Of a stretch of DNA of 64,000 nt, positions 37,701 to 49,829 are shown piece after piece (the first letter of the stretch is position 1; the number at the start of each line of letters is the position of its first letter). Source of the stretch: Camelus dromedarius (Eukaryota); the NCBI RefSeq assembly GCF_036321535.1, contig NC_087436.1, positions 122,946,001-123,010,000 of the forward strand. Direction: 5' to 3'. Made by a program: the position numbers and the translations under genes. The notes under the pieces were generated by a model. That model had not been told where the DNA came from. It worked only from the letters and a program-made list of their open reading frames with translations, and ran no database searches.

Positions 37701-40700
37701 ATGGGGGGGGGAGTCCCGACACTGCGACAGCAGGGGTGATCCTTGAACACACGCTGCGTGAAAGAAGCCACACACACAAGCCTCGTATTTTGTGATTCTG
37801 TTTATGTGAAATACCCAGAACAAGCAAGTCTGTATAGACAGAAAGTAGATTCGTGGTTTCCTGGGACTGAGGGGAGGAGGAGTCAGGAGTGACCGCTAAT
37901 GGGTATAGGGTTTCAGTTTGGGGTGATGAAAGTTCTAAGACCAGACAGGGGTGATGGGCGCACAGCGATGTGCCTGAAATTAATGCTGCTGAGCTGTGCA
38001 CTTCAAAATGGCCACAGCGGTCAATTCCATGTGATGCATAAACCCAATTATTTGAACAGGGGAGCATGGTGGGCCAGGAGTGTTTCTAATCCGAGGTGGT
38101 CCCACCGCCCCACCCTGTGCCCCGCCCTCAGGGAAGGGCTCCCGCCCGTCCTTCCTGGCTGTGTGTCCATGTCACCTGGCGTGGCCAGAGGACTCAGGGA
38201 AACAAGGGGCACTTTGTAAACAGATAGGGCAGGGTGGCCTCACAGGCCTGCTTATCACCCAGTTTCCATGTGACAAGTCACACACGTCACTCGGCAGACA
38301 CACACGGGGTGGCGGCGGATCCCAGGTGTGAGGCAGGTAAGAGCAGGGGCTCTGGGAGAAGGCAGGAGGGGATGGGGTGGGAGGTGCTGCGGGACAGGAG
38401 GAAACAACACACAACAGGGAACCCGAGTGCAGTGGAGGTTGGGGGACCCTGCCCTGGTCTGGAGGGATGCGAGTCCAGGGGGAGCAGGCGCCAGTACCGG
38501 CATGAGGGGCTCAGGGCAGAGGCCCTGGGACCCGAGTGTCACCAGCAGAGGAAGGTGGTCCAGAGGGAGGTCAGAACGACCTGAGTCAGGGCAGTGAGCA
38601 TGGCTGGACCTGGAGGGTGGGTCCAGCAGTGTCCCGGATGGGGAAGGGTGGCGAGGACGCCTGGGAGGGTGGCCATGGCTTGGCAGGGAGGCTGCGGTAG
38701 GTGGGCCTGGGGGCGGGGAGGCTGTGACAAGCTATGTCACAGGTGATGACGGGCAGGGGCCCAGGCAAGGAGGCCAGGGAAGGGGGACAAAGAGGAAGAT
38801 GGGAAGAACGCCGCACAGAGAGATGACTGCTCTCTCTGAGGCTGCCGCATGCGCTGACCACCCAGGCTCCCTAGCCCCACCGAGGACCCTCCCCTTTCCC
38901 AGTGTGTCGGCCCAGGTGTCCCTCCCCGGCTGCCACCGTCCCGCCAGGGCCTGGTCACCATCCCCCATAGCACGCTGTGCACTGCCAGCCTGGCCCCTGT
39001 GGCCCACCCATCCCTTCCTTCCCTGCCCAGCGTCTGGGCCCTGTTACTGCGCACAGACCCCCGTGTCCTCCACTCTGCTTGCCTCTCCTTGCCAGGCCCC
39101 ATGTGCCACACCCCAGCTGTCCCCCCATCCTCCTCACCCTAACCCTGACCCTATCCACAGACAGGAGGGGTGTCCCACTGAAACCAGGATGCAGATGCGG
39201 CCTCAGACCTGCTGTCCCATAACCCCATCCTTCCATCCCTCCCTGCTGGCCCTGGCCGGCCCTGCTCTGTCCACAGGGAGCTGCTCTGCTGAAGCCACAG
39301 CCAAGGACACCCTGCCTGACCCTGAGGGCCCCTGCAGCACGCCTCCCACCAGCGGGAGCTGGGCCCTCCTCTCGCACAGCAATCACGTTCAAGTCTGAGG
39401 AAAGCAGGCAGAGGCCCTAGGTCTGCCCCAACCTGGGGTGTCCACCTTCCCCTCTGCCTGCCCCTGGCCTGACCTGGGCGTGCCATGGACCCCAGTGCCC
39501 AGCCCCATCCTTCAGGGAACAACCCTGCAGCCCTTGCCAGCCTATTTGTGTTAAACTTGGAATTCTCTGGAAACACTTACTAGAGATTTAAAATAACGTG
39601 AACCATTCATTTTTTCCACAATTCTTTGGACGCTTTAGGTTTAAACGTTCACTTTACTTCTCTGGCGCTCAAGTAGAGCCAGGAGCTGTGCCTAAAGCTT
39701 CTAGGCAGCTCTGAGACAGCGGCTTGTCAGAACTCACCTTGGCTCCTGGATGACGGAAGCGTCACTAGAACAATGTTCCCCTTAAATTAGCTGCTGGCCA
39801 AGAGGGGGGGTCTCAGCCAGCCTTGACCCCTGCGGCTTGGCTAGGATGTTGCTAAGGCATCTCGCTCCCTTACGCAGAACTGTGCGCACTCAGTGGAGCC
39901 GGGGACAGAGCCAGACACGTCTGCACGGCCATCTCTTCTTGCACTCGGGCAAGTTGTGCCCGGGCTGGGCTCCACTCACCACTCACCTCCCTCTTCTCCA
40001 CTCCCTCCATCTTTCCGGCTCTGGAATTTCTCTCTCTCTAACCCCGCCCCCTCAACAGAGAAGGCAGGCACAGCCCCCTGCGTCCCATCCCCCTTGTCCC
40101 CCCCTTGAACCCCTTGTGGGGAGTGGGTGTGAGCCTCGCTCAGGGCTGCCCCCGCCCCAGCTTCCAGGGCACCAGGGGCCCTGGCGCAGCTCAGTGCCTC
40201 CCTCCTCTGAGCAGCCTCCCTCCCCATCCTGGGGTGGCCTCCTCACCCACTCTGCTGCCCCTACTCACCGCAGGGTAGAAAAACAGGGAGAAGCCGGCTG
40301 CCGCGAAGCACAGCGCAGGGCCGTGGAGGATGATGCGCAGGATGTGCCGCTTGTAGAGCGCCTGGTGGGCGGAGCGCTGGATCTGGGGGTTCAGGAGGTG
40401 GGGGAAGTGAAACGCATACCCCACGATCAGTGCCTGCAGGAGAGATGGGCCGCAGGGCTGGAGCAGAGGCCTCTGGCCAGTGCCCACCTTCCTCCCACAC
40501 ATACAAGCGGGGACCCTCAGGGATGCAGGGTTCTGCTGTGAGGCTCTGCAGGATATTCTGGGGGTGCAGGGGGTACAGGAGCCCTTGCTCTGCTCCCAGG
40601 ACCGTGTGGGGGTCTCAGAGAGCCCTGCTCCCCTCCAGAGCACCCCAAAGTGGCGGCGGCCCCATCTCACTGTGCTCATCAGCACAGGGGCCCAGGCCCT

Positions 40701-43700
40701 GAGCGGACAAGGACATGTCCTACCTGCACAGCCCCGATGGCGATCACACACATGCAGAACAGGAAGATGCCCAGCGGCACGTCGGGGAAGGTCACCATCA
40801 GGGAGAACTGCAGTGACAAAGGCCTCGGGTCAGGGTCTCAGGCCCAGGCCCCGGAGCCTTCTGTGCGTCAGCTGGGCTGTGCCTGGGCAGCGACGAAGCT
40901 GCCTCGAGTTAGGGCAGCAAGAGCCCTGGAGGTGTGCCTTCCCCAAGAGCGAGTCCGAGGGCTTCAAGCATTTAGAGCTGAAACGTCATCAGATTCGTGG
41001 ACAATCCCCGACCTCAGTTCTGGGATGCACTGAACTCAGAGCACCGTCCTCCTTCAGAATTCAGAGGGAGCTGCTGGCTGAGGAGGCGGTGGGGGTCACA
41101 CTCTGGGGACAAGCCAAGGTTGGCCGGGAGGCCATGGGCTTCGGGGGGCTGGTGGGAGCTAGGAGGGCCGGGGAGCACAGAGGGAACACCCCTCCTTGGG
41201 CCCTGGAGGCCTCCCCTCTCCATCGAGCCTGGACACCCCAGTTACACCTCTTCCCCCAGACCCTTCCCTGCAACCCTGTGGTCCACACCCTGGACCACCC
41301 AGTGGTCTGAGAGCTTCTGAGGAGGAAACATCTTAGGTCTGGGGCCTCTTGCCCAGTGGAGGACAGGCTGGACCCAGGGTGGTGCTCTGCAGGGCGCCAG
41401 GGACACCAGGGGTGATCCCTGTGACTCACTGTGAATGGCAGGAAGGTGATGGTCATCATGCAGGCCTGGGGAGGAGGAGGGGAGGGGTCAGGGAGGGCAG
41501 GCCACTCCAGGTGGCCGGCCAGCAGATGGGTCCCAGGCCCTGCCACCCAGAGGCATCAGGGGGCTGAGCAGGCAGCACCCCCCCCCACCACAGTGAAGGG
41601 AGAAGCTCACCAGGTTGAGGAGGGCAAGCGTGTCGTCGATTTTCCCAACAACCTGGAACAATCTGAACAATGGGAGGGAGACGGGGTAAGTCACACCATC
41701 AATAAACGTGGTCCTACCGGCACCAAACATGCTCCCAAGACGAAACGGTGGTCCATGGAGGCGGGAAGACGTGACCAGAGACCGAAAAGGAGCCAGGGGA
41801 CAGGCAGAGTCACCAAGAGTCAACTCAGGGCCGGAAACTAACATCCCTTCTGAAAGCCGTCCGTGTCCCCCTGAGCACGGGGCCTTCTCCTGGGCTGCGC
41901 TCAGCGGGCCTCGGTCCACGACCTAGGAGGTCTGCACCCAGCCAGGGGCCTCCAGGGCCTCTCGGGGCTGGTACTCAGGGCTGGCTCTGGGGCTGGGCGC
42001 TTCTCTAAGTCAGAGGAAGGGGCCCTGTCCCCACTGGCGACCCACTGAGCCCTGGGCGACAAGGCCCAAGGGTGGACCTGTGCCACTCCTGGAAGCCAGG
42101 CCTCAAGCTCTAGGGTGTGGCCTCTGCTGAGCGTGCCCCCACGCGAGGCACCTGTGGCCCTGTCCACGCTACTGGGCTTACGGGGGGTCCACTGTGCCAG
42201 CAGCCTGTACGGCCACCGGCAGGACTAGACAGGGCAGCTGTGGCCCACCTGGCTTTCGCCAGCCCCTGGGCCTCCTTGCTGTCCGTGAACACGGGAGGCA
42301 GAAGAGAAAAGGCCCCTCAAAGCCTTTAGAGGATCACTTGTTCCCGCCAGAAAATCACTTTGCCGAAAGCAAGTACATGACATAAAATGTTAAGAGACAC
42401 TTCTAAGGCACACGCCAGTGCCTCACGGGCTCCTGGGCTTCCGGCACCCCCAGCACCCCCAGTCAGAGAACATCACCTCCCCTCCCACCCAGAGCCCATC
42501 CCTGGGGTTCTCCCTGCCCTGGCCTGGGGCTCAGACGTCCCCTGGGTCCTAAGGAACCTCTTCCCCCTAAAGAGGAAGCTCAGGCCCGACTCCTGTGTCC
42601 TGAGGCCTCCACTCTCCTCCCCAGAGTCTGGACCAGGATGGAGGGGCCTGCACACGCGAGGTTGCACAGTGGCTCAGGCAGGCGGCAGCGCCGTGCCCGG
42701 CCCAGACACGGGCAGCGTGGGCCTGTGTTCACACGCCACCGCCCTTCATGTCCTGGGCCTGGGGTGGGAAGCCCCATCACGGTTGTGAGCAGATGGGAAC
42801 GCAGAGGCCTGAGCAGGAACCTGCAGTGAGGGGGAGAGGCCCACTAACACCCCCTCCTGGGTGCTCAGCCACGGCCCACCCCGAGAGCGGGTGGCTCAGG
42901 GCCCAGGGCACACGTGCTGCCCCCGGCCCTCAGCAGGCCCAGGCCATACTGGGCACACATGCCGAGCCGCCAAAAATGTGGGCGTCAGCCTGGGGAGAGG
43001 CCCTGGCCCAGCCCCATACCGCGTGTGTGCTGCCCAGGCCACGGTCACGATGAGGAATGTCATCAGGTAGACGGCAATTCTGGTTGCTAGAAGCTTCTGT
43101 ATGCTCTTGTCAAACTCCTGGAACAGAAGAGCATCACGTCAGAGACAGCTTCACTGCATGCACCCAGCAGCCCCGCCACAGGGCACTGAGACCCCAGGGC
43201 GGGAGAAGCGCTGAGAGGCTCGGCCTCTGTCCAGGCCCCGCTCACAGATGCACATTCCAGGGTCCTGGGCGGATCCCCCAGAATGCCAGCTCCCGGGCAG
43301 AGAGGTTCCTTCGAGCCGCTCCAGGACCATGGCAGGGTCCTGTGGCAGCAAGGCCTGTGCTGCCACGGGAGCCACAGCGTTGCCAGGTAACAGTCCTTCA
43401 GGAGAAGTGTTGCCTGGCGCAGGGCGCTGGGTGGGGCGGTAGGCTGGGCTTCCTCAGCGAGACCTCCAAGTGCGGCGCTGGTGCCTTTCCCATTCTTGCT
43501 GGTTCTCTGCACCCACATGAGCAGCCACTCCTTGCCTCACTGGGTGGGTCCTGTGGCCTTGAGGACTCTCCTGTCATGTCCTGGCAACACCTTCTCTGAA
43601 GGAGGCACCCAACCGCTGTGCGAGCCCTTCTGTTCAAAGCTCTCTAGAACTAGTCAGCAGAGAGAGGTATGACTTCTCAGCAGAACTCATGACCTCCAAG

Positions 43701-45175
43701 AACATGACCCTGACCGTAGAGAAGCGAGGAGATCTAGCCTCATGTACGTCCCCGTGTCACCTCCTGGCATCTCACAAGCACACACCCACAACCCCATTCT
43801 GAAACTGGTGGCACCAAGGTCCCCAGAAGGTTCCAGCGCAGCCAGGTGAGTGCCACGGCCCCTGGGGGGACACGGCTTTCCTGAGCTCGGCCAGCACTCA
43901 GCACCAGGCCCCTTCGGGGGGCCCTGGAGCAGAGGGAGCTGCACAGGGCCCTTTACTTATTATGCTGGGGGCCGGCTGCCAACATCTGGCTCGACCTGCA
44001 TTTCCATTCAGTTCACATCCCAAGCACACGAGAAGCAGCGTCGTCACCTTCCCACAGGTGCAAAGGCCAAACCCCACACCACTCCGATGAACCCCAGCGG
44101 CCTCCAGGCTGAATGTGCTGGTCGGACCAGAGCCGGACCGGGGCCATGCACACGGGACCCAGCGCTGTGCACCCAGGTGCCTTGAGGTGACACTCACTCA
44201 GGGTAGGAGGCCCAGGGAGCCACACTCGCACACGCATGCCCAGGGGCTTCTGGAGGACTTCCAAAATCATGTCAGGCTTCTAAGGTGCTACCTTAGTCAC
44301 TATTTTACTTATAAAACGGAAATACTCCAAGTTGTCTATAAATAGAAACTCTGCTTTAAAAAACCTGGTTTGCCACTTGCCTCCATGGCAAAACCACAAG
44401 TGTCCGTTTATCACGCAGGCCCAGGTGGGAGCATCTCCTGAGGCTGCCGGCCACTGGGCCCGCTGGTCAGGCAGGCAGGCCCCCCTCTGCTCCCCGAGCA
44501 CCCAGTCTGAGTGACACTCCAGGAGTGGCTGGCAGAGACTCTGGGTGGCACAGGTCCCACACCAGCCATCAGCACCCCTTCCCTCCTCAAGCTTCCTCAG
44601 GGCTCAGCCGAGGGCACACCTTTGTCCGCAGGCTAGGGTTAGGCTGACCAGCATCGCTGGGGGAAGTGTCAGTCGGCCTGGCCCCTGGTCCCAGCCAGGA
44701 GCGCCCGCACAGAGCCCCACCTCCAGCTCATGGACTGTGAGCCCTCTGGACCCTCACCCACATGCCAGGTGCTGCAGACTCCCCAAGTACCTGTTCCGGG
44801 GAGATGTCCGTGTGGGTCACGGGCAGGATCTATGGGAACAAGACACAAAATGACCCGATGGACACCTCTCAGGCTGGGCACTGACTGCTTTTTGGATGCC
44901 ATGGTGTCGGGGACCTGAGCCAGCCCTGGGCTGCTCCTCCCACCCTCTTGACTGCCTGGGGCCTGGGGAGCTCAGGAGGCGGTGGGGACCCAGGCCGGGG
45001 TCTGGGCGGGGCCCACACGGACCATCACAGTGGCAATGATGGACAACAGTGCATCACTGAAGCTGAGCATGCGGTGGGAGTGCTGGGTCCCGTCGGCAGC
45101 GTCCTCATCCCCCGGGCCTATGGAGGAGGCTCCCTGCACATTCAGGGCCGGCTCTGGGCTCTGGGGCCTGGACAT
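34792..45175 (-). CDS. TMEM175: Endosomal/lysosomal K+/H+ channel TMEM175, 506 aa
   Basis: Coding exons: 45023-45175 (exon extends to 45201), 44791-44829, 43020-43117, 41611-41662, 41430-41465, 40724-40807, 40269-40433, 36937-37015, 36625-36760, 34792-35470. Total 1521 nt, all GT-AG. Both RxxxFSD motifs are present (RMLSFSDALLSIIAT, RVEAFSDGVYAIVAT), with I46, T49, I271, T274, D41 and H57 in human numbering. Confidence 0.98.
37215..38055 (+). mobile_element. L1MB-like 3' end remnant in TMEM175 intron 8
   Basis: aaaaatgggcaaaggacttgaa, ccagcaattccacttctgggtataaaccccaaagaactgaaagcaggg and gacagaaagtagattcgtggt are L1 3' signatures. Confidence 0.8.
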
Positions 45176-45204
45176 GGTGGGGCCTGGGAGGAAGCACAGG
45201 TCTG

Positions 45205-46310
45205 AGCAAGAACAATATACAAAACTCAACAACACATCTCTGAACTAGCAATAACAAATCTGACAATAAGCTTAAGACGACAATTACATTTACAATAGCA
45301 TCAAAATACTTAGGAACAAAGTTTAACAAAGAAGTGCAAAAAGTTACTAAAGAGATTAAAGACCCCAATAAGGGGAAAGACAGCCCTTGCTCGTGGATTA
45401 AAGAACTTAGCATTGTCACGACTGAGCTACAGGTTCAGCTCAGTCCCTATCAAACTTCCAACTGCCTTCCCTGTAGGAGTTTACAAGCTGACCTTAAAAT
45501 TCATATGGAAATTTAAGGAACCCTTGGCTATTTAAAGAGTAGCCAAAACAATCTTGAAAACGGAAAACGAAGGTGAGGACTCGCACTTCCCGATTTCAGA
45601 ACTTAGTGCAAAGCCATGCTAGTCAAGTCAGTGTGGTACCAGCATAAAGACAGACGGACAGGCCAGTGGAGAAATCAGAGTCCAGAAGTAAACTGCTACG
45701 TTTGTGGTCAACTGATTTGCGTTAAGGGTGTCAAGACCATTCGGTGGGGAAAGAATTGTCTTTTCAACAAATGTTGCTGGGACAACTGGATATCAACATA
45801 CCAAAGACTGAATTTGGAGAGTACCTTATATCACATCCAAAAATTAACAAAAAATGTGGCCCGGGTCTCAGTAGCCAAAAGGTGGATGACCCAAGTGTCC
45901 AACTATGGGTGAACATCTAAACAAAATGTGGCAAATACATCTACAACGGAATGTTATTCAACTCCCTTAAAAAGGAAAGAAATTATCCTGTTACAAGATG
46001 GATGAACCCGAGGACACTATGCAGAGTGGAATAAGCCAGCCACAAAAGGATAAATGCTGTGTGATTCCACTTACACGAGGTCCCTAGAGGAGTCAGTCTT
46101 GCAGACAGAAAGCAGAATGGCGGCTGGCGGGGCTGGTGGGGAGGGAGTTACTGTTCAGCAGGAACAGAGTTTCAGTTTTGTAGGATGAAGAGTTCTGGGG
46201 ACGGGTGGTGGCGACGGCCGCACAGTGGTGTGAAAGTACTCATGCCCCTGAGCTGTGCGCTTAGAGGGTTAAGACGGCAGATTTTGTTACGTGTACTTTA
46301 CTATGGGCAA
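45205..46310 (+). mobile_element. L1 ORF2/3' remnant in TMEM175 intron 1
   Basis: catttacaatagcatcaaaatacttagg, tcttttcaacaaatgttgctgggacaactggatatc and gattccacttacacgagg are L1 ORF2/3' UTR signatures. Confidence 0.8.
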
Positions 46311-46759
46311 ATACATCCCAGGGCCTGGCACAATACATGTTCAAAAACATGTCAGCTGCACGTAACCTGCGTCACACACAAGTCCTAAGACTCGTGGTGA
46401 CGAAGGAAGAAAACAGGACTGACAGTAGAGGAGGGCGGAGTTGAGAAATGATTTTTCTTTAATGAGAGAAGAGACAGGAGACTTTTAAAAGTTCCGATGA
46501 CAACAGGAGGAAAAGCTGAAAACTTGTACAACACAGAGGCAGTAATGAAGGCTTGTGACCCTGGAGAGCGCCACGCCCTGCGCCGGGCGTTAGCGGCAGA
46601 CTTGGCCTGGACAGCCCCCACAGCAAGTCAGCGCTGTCCCAGAGACGCCTCAGGGCACCGTGGAGCACGGAGCTTCCCTGGGTGGACCGAGTCTGGCGAA
46701 GCCCTCAGAACAAGGGGCGTCTGCAAATATTTATGACAAAGTGATGAGAACATGAGAGA

Positions 46760-46870
46760 CGTTTATCAAATATTCACTGAGTGCCAAGCACTGTTTCGAG
46801 TACTTCATGCAAACTACCTCTTCTCATTCTCAGACAAATGCTGTGAGGATTACTGAAGGCAAAGAGGAAC
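46760..46870 (-). mobile_element. MIR remnant
   Basis: tgccaagcactg...tctcagacaaatgctgtgagg...gaggaactg resembles the antisense MIR core. Confidence 0.45.
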
Positions 46871-47049
46871 TGGCTGTGCGTGTGTGTGACAGAGAGCGTG
46901 GTGTGACCACAGCACGAGGGCTGGAGCCCGGGCGCAGCCTGCGAGGGGCACCTGAGTTGGGCTGGGGCTCACTCGCAGAGCCTCGTGCGCTCACTCAGGG
47001 GCCCGGACCTCTCGGCGGGGACGGCGCAGGGACTGTGGGCCTCCCTTGT

Positions 47050-48610
47050 TGTGTCCATGCAAGCTTGTTCACGTGTGTGTTTTATACATTCTGTACACAA
47101 GTCCACTATCAGATATCTTCTCCCATTCTGGGCTGTGTTTTCATTTCCTCAACAATACACACGTATATATTTTTTAAATCGGTAACTACTTTTAGAGCAG
47201 TTTCAGGTCTGCAGGAAACCTGAGGGAAAGTACAGAGTTAGTTCCCATACCGTCAGCTCCCTGCCACGGTGTGGCACAGCTGGACACCGGACGGCCAGGC
47301 CACACTGCGTGCTCTGGTCCCATGGGTGATTCTGACAAGTGGGCGACTTGCCCTCGCCATTAGAGGCACACAGGACACTTCCACAGCCCTATGATCCCGT
47401 GCTCCCAGCCGCCCCTGTCTCCCCTGAAGCCCCTGGCACCTGTCACATCTTCCCTTTCCCAGGATGTCACGCAGCCGGAATCAAACAATAGGTAGTGTTT
47501 TTGGACTGGCTTCTTTTGCTCAGTAAGTGACTTTAAGGTCCCCGTCTTTCGGGGGCTTGGCAGCTCGTCTCTTCTCATCACTGAATAAGATCCCATGTCA
47601 CAGAGCACCACAGTGTGTCCACCCACCTAGGAAGCGCATCATCACAACGCAGTTTGAAGCTCTCAGTGCTGACGAGTCCTGGCTCTCTGTTCTTTTATGG
47701 GTTGCTCTCTGCTGCTGTAGTGAAAACCCTCACAGACTGTTTTCTAGAAGTTTTAGAGTTTTAGGTTTCACATTTAGATTTATGATCTATTTTGATGCAA
47801 AGTACGGATAAGCATTTTTTAAACGCATGGATATCCAATGTTTCAAACATCATTTGTTAAAAAGACTACCCTTTCTCCAATTACCTTTACTCCTTATTCA
47901 AAGTCAACTGACCATACGTTTACTTGGGGGCCAATTTCCGGGCTTGGTATCCTGTTCCACTGATCTACTTCTGTCATCTTCATACCGGTGTCACACCACC
48001 TGGATTACTGCAGCTTTGTAAGTACAGAAGTCAGAAAATAAAGGCATACAAATTTGTTCTTGTTCAGATTTATTCTAGTTTCTTTGCAGTTCCAAGTGAA
48101 TTTTAAAACCAGTGTTGATTTTTATTTTTATTTTAAAATTTATTGGTTTTTTTGGGGGGGGGTGCGTAATTAGGTTTATTATTATTCTTTAACTGAGGTC
48201 CTGGGGATTGAGCCCAGGACCATGCTAAGCACACGCTCTACCACTGAGCTATATGCCTTCCCCCCGACAGTGTGTCAATTTTTACAAAAAAAAGTCTGCT
48301 GGGAATTTAACTGGAATGGCATTGACTGATTAATTTGATTTCCAACACTGAATCTTCTAAGTTAATGAATACTGTGTATCTTTCCACTTATTAAGGTCTT
48401 TAGTTTCTCTCAAAGTTTTTCATTTTTCAGTTTATAAGTCTTGCACATCTTTTTTTTTTTTCAGATTTATCCCAAGTATTTAATATTTTTGATGCTGTTT
48501 TAAGTGGTGTCTTTTCCTTAATTTCAACTTCCAGTATTTGTTGCCAGTTATTTAAAAATAGCATGTATTTTTTACGTATTAACCATGTACCCTGCAGCCT
48601 GACTAAGCTC
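47050..48610 (-). mobile_element. Antisense L1 fragments (3' UTR and ORF2)
   Basis: agtacagagttagttcccat and catttgttaaaaagactaccctttctcc...atcccaagtatttaatatttttgatgct. Interrupted by a SINE at 48125-48264. Confidence 0.75.
48125..48264 (-). mobile_element. tRNA-Ala-derived SINE (Vic-1 type)
   Basis: ctggggattgagcccaggaccatgctaagcacacgctctaccactgagctatatgccttccccc is homologous to 4135-4248 with a small internal deletion; T-rich tail on the left. Confidence 0.8.
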
Positions 48611-48658
48611 ACCTGCCAGTTCTAGGAACCTTTCTTTCTTCTTGTTTTTAAATCTAGA

Positions 48659-48858
48659 GCAGTGATTCTCAACTGAGAACCGAGAATTTTGCCCCTCAAG
48701 GGACATGTGCAATGCCTGGAGACCCTCTGGTTACGACAAGCGGTGTGTGTTCCTGGCACCTTGGAGCTGCCAAACATCCTACAGTGCACTGGACACCTCT
48801 CCACCCTGGCAAGGAATTACCTGGCCCACGTCAGCGGTGCCAAGGCTGGGAAACGCTG
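48659..48858 (+). mobile_element. MER20 (hAT-Charlie MITE)
   Basis: cagtgattctcaac...ttttgcccctcaagggacatgtgcaatgcctggagac...gctgccaaacatcctacagtgcactggaca...gggaaacgctg follows the MER20 consensus end to end. Confidence 0.8.
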
Positions 48859-49441
48859 ACATGGATGATCACGTGGGTGATTTTCCATATATCTGCAGTT
48901 GATTTCTACCTTAACTCCACTGTGGTCAGAGGGCATGTGCCCAGAGCACGCCCCATCTTGGTCAGTGTTCTTTACGTGTTTGACACTGTGTGTGCCACTG
49001 TCACTGTGCAGAGCATTCCACACGTGCCCAGTCAGGCTGGTCAGTGGTGTCACTCACCTCTACCACATCCCTGGTGAGTCGGGGTACTTGCTCATCTTTT
49101 GTTGAGAAAGACGTATTGAAGCGTCCACCTCAACTGTGGGTGTGTCTACCTCTCCTTGCTTAGTTTTATTTTAGTTTATTAGTTTTGCTTCATGTATTTT
49201 AAAGCTTTATTATTAGGTGCAGAACTGTTTAGTATTGTCATGTCTTGTATGAATTTACCCCTTCAACATTATATAATGATTTTAATTTTTGGTAATAGTC
49301 TTTGTTATGAAATCTACTACAGAGGGAACAGGTTTGGGGATGAAGACTATAAATTCAGTTTTGACACATATATATGAGATGTGCTGTCTAAGACTAAATG
49401 TCTAAGAGCTCAGGAGGGAAGTGTGGTCTGGAGACAGGTAT

Positions 49442-49516
49442 GTTTTTGATTTTTTTATGGAGGTAGTGGGGATTGAATCCATGTCCTCATGCATGCTAAG
49501 CATGCACTCTACTGGC
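49442..49516 (-). mobile_element. 5'-truncated Vic-1 type SINE
   Basis: ggaggtagtggggattgaatccatgtcctcatgcatgctaagcatgcactctac matches the same SINE core. Confidence 0.75.
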
Positions 49517-49829
49517 TTAGGACAGTGTTACCAGAGCACCTAGGGCAGGGCCAGTATAGACAGGTGCTCCACAAGCATGAAACACCAAGTCTGAACAGAC
49601 TCTCGCTCCAAAGTAATTGCACTGTTTAGAAATCTCCACCTGACCCTAGGTCCTGCGAGAATAAATTCACAGCCTCAAACTCAAATGAACCCTCAGACTG
49701 TATCATACTTTCCACTGAGTTATTCACTAGGTTTTCTGCAACAGCTATTTTGGATTTCTTTCCACACTGCTCAACCCTCAGCTCCTACTTTCCTTCTCAT
49801 TCTCAGTAGATGTTTTCTTTTCCTTATTC

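Noticed and set aside
39837-41310. Long minus-strand ORFs in TMEM175
   Set aside because: Only the embedded exon segments are coding. The rest is intron read-through with ordinary splice sites.
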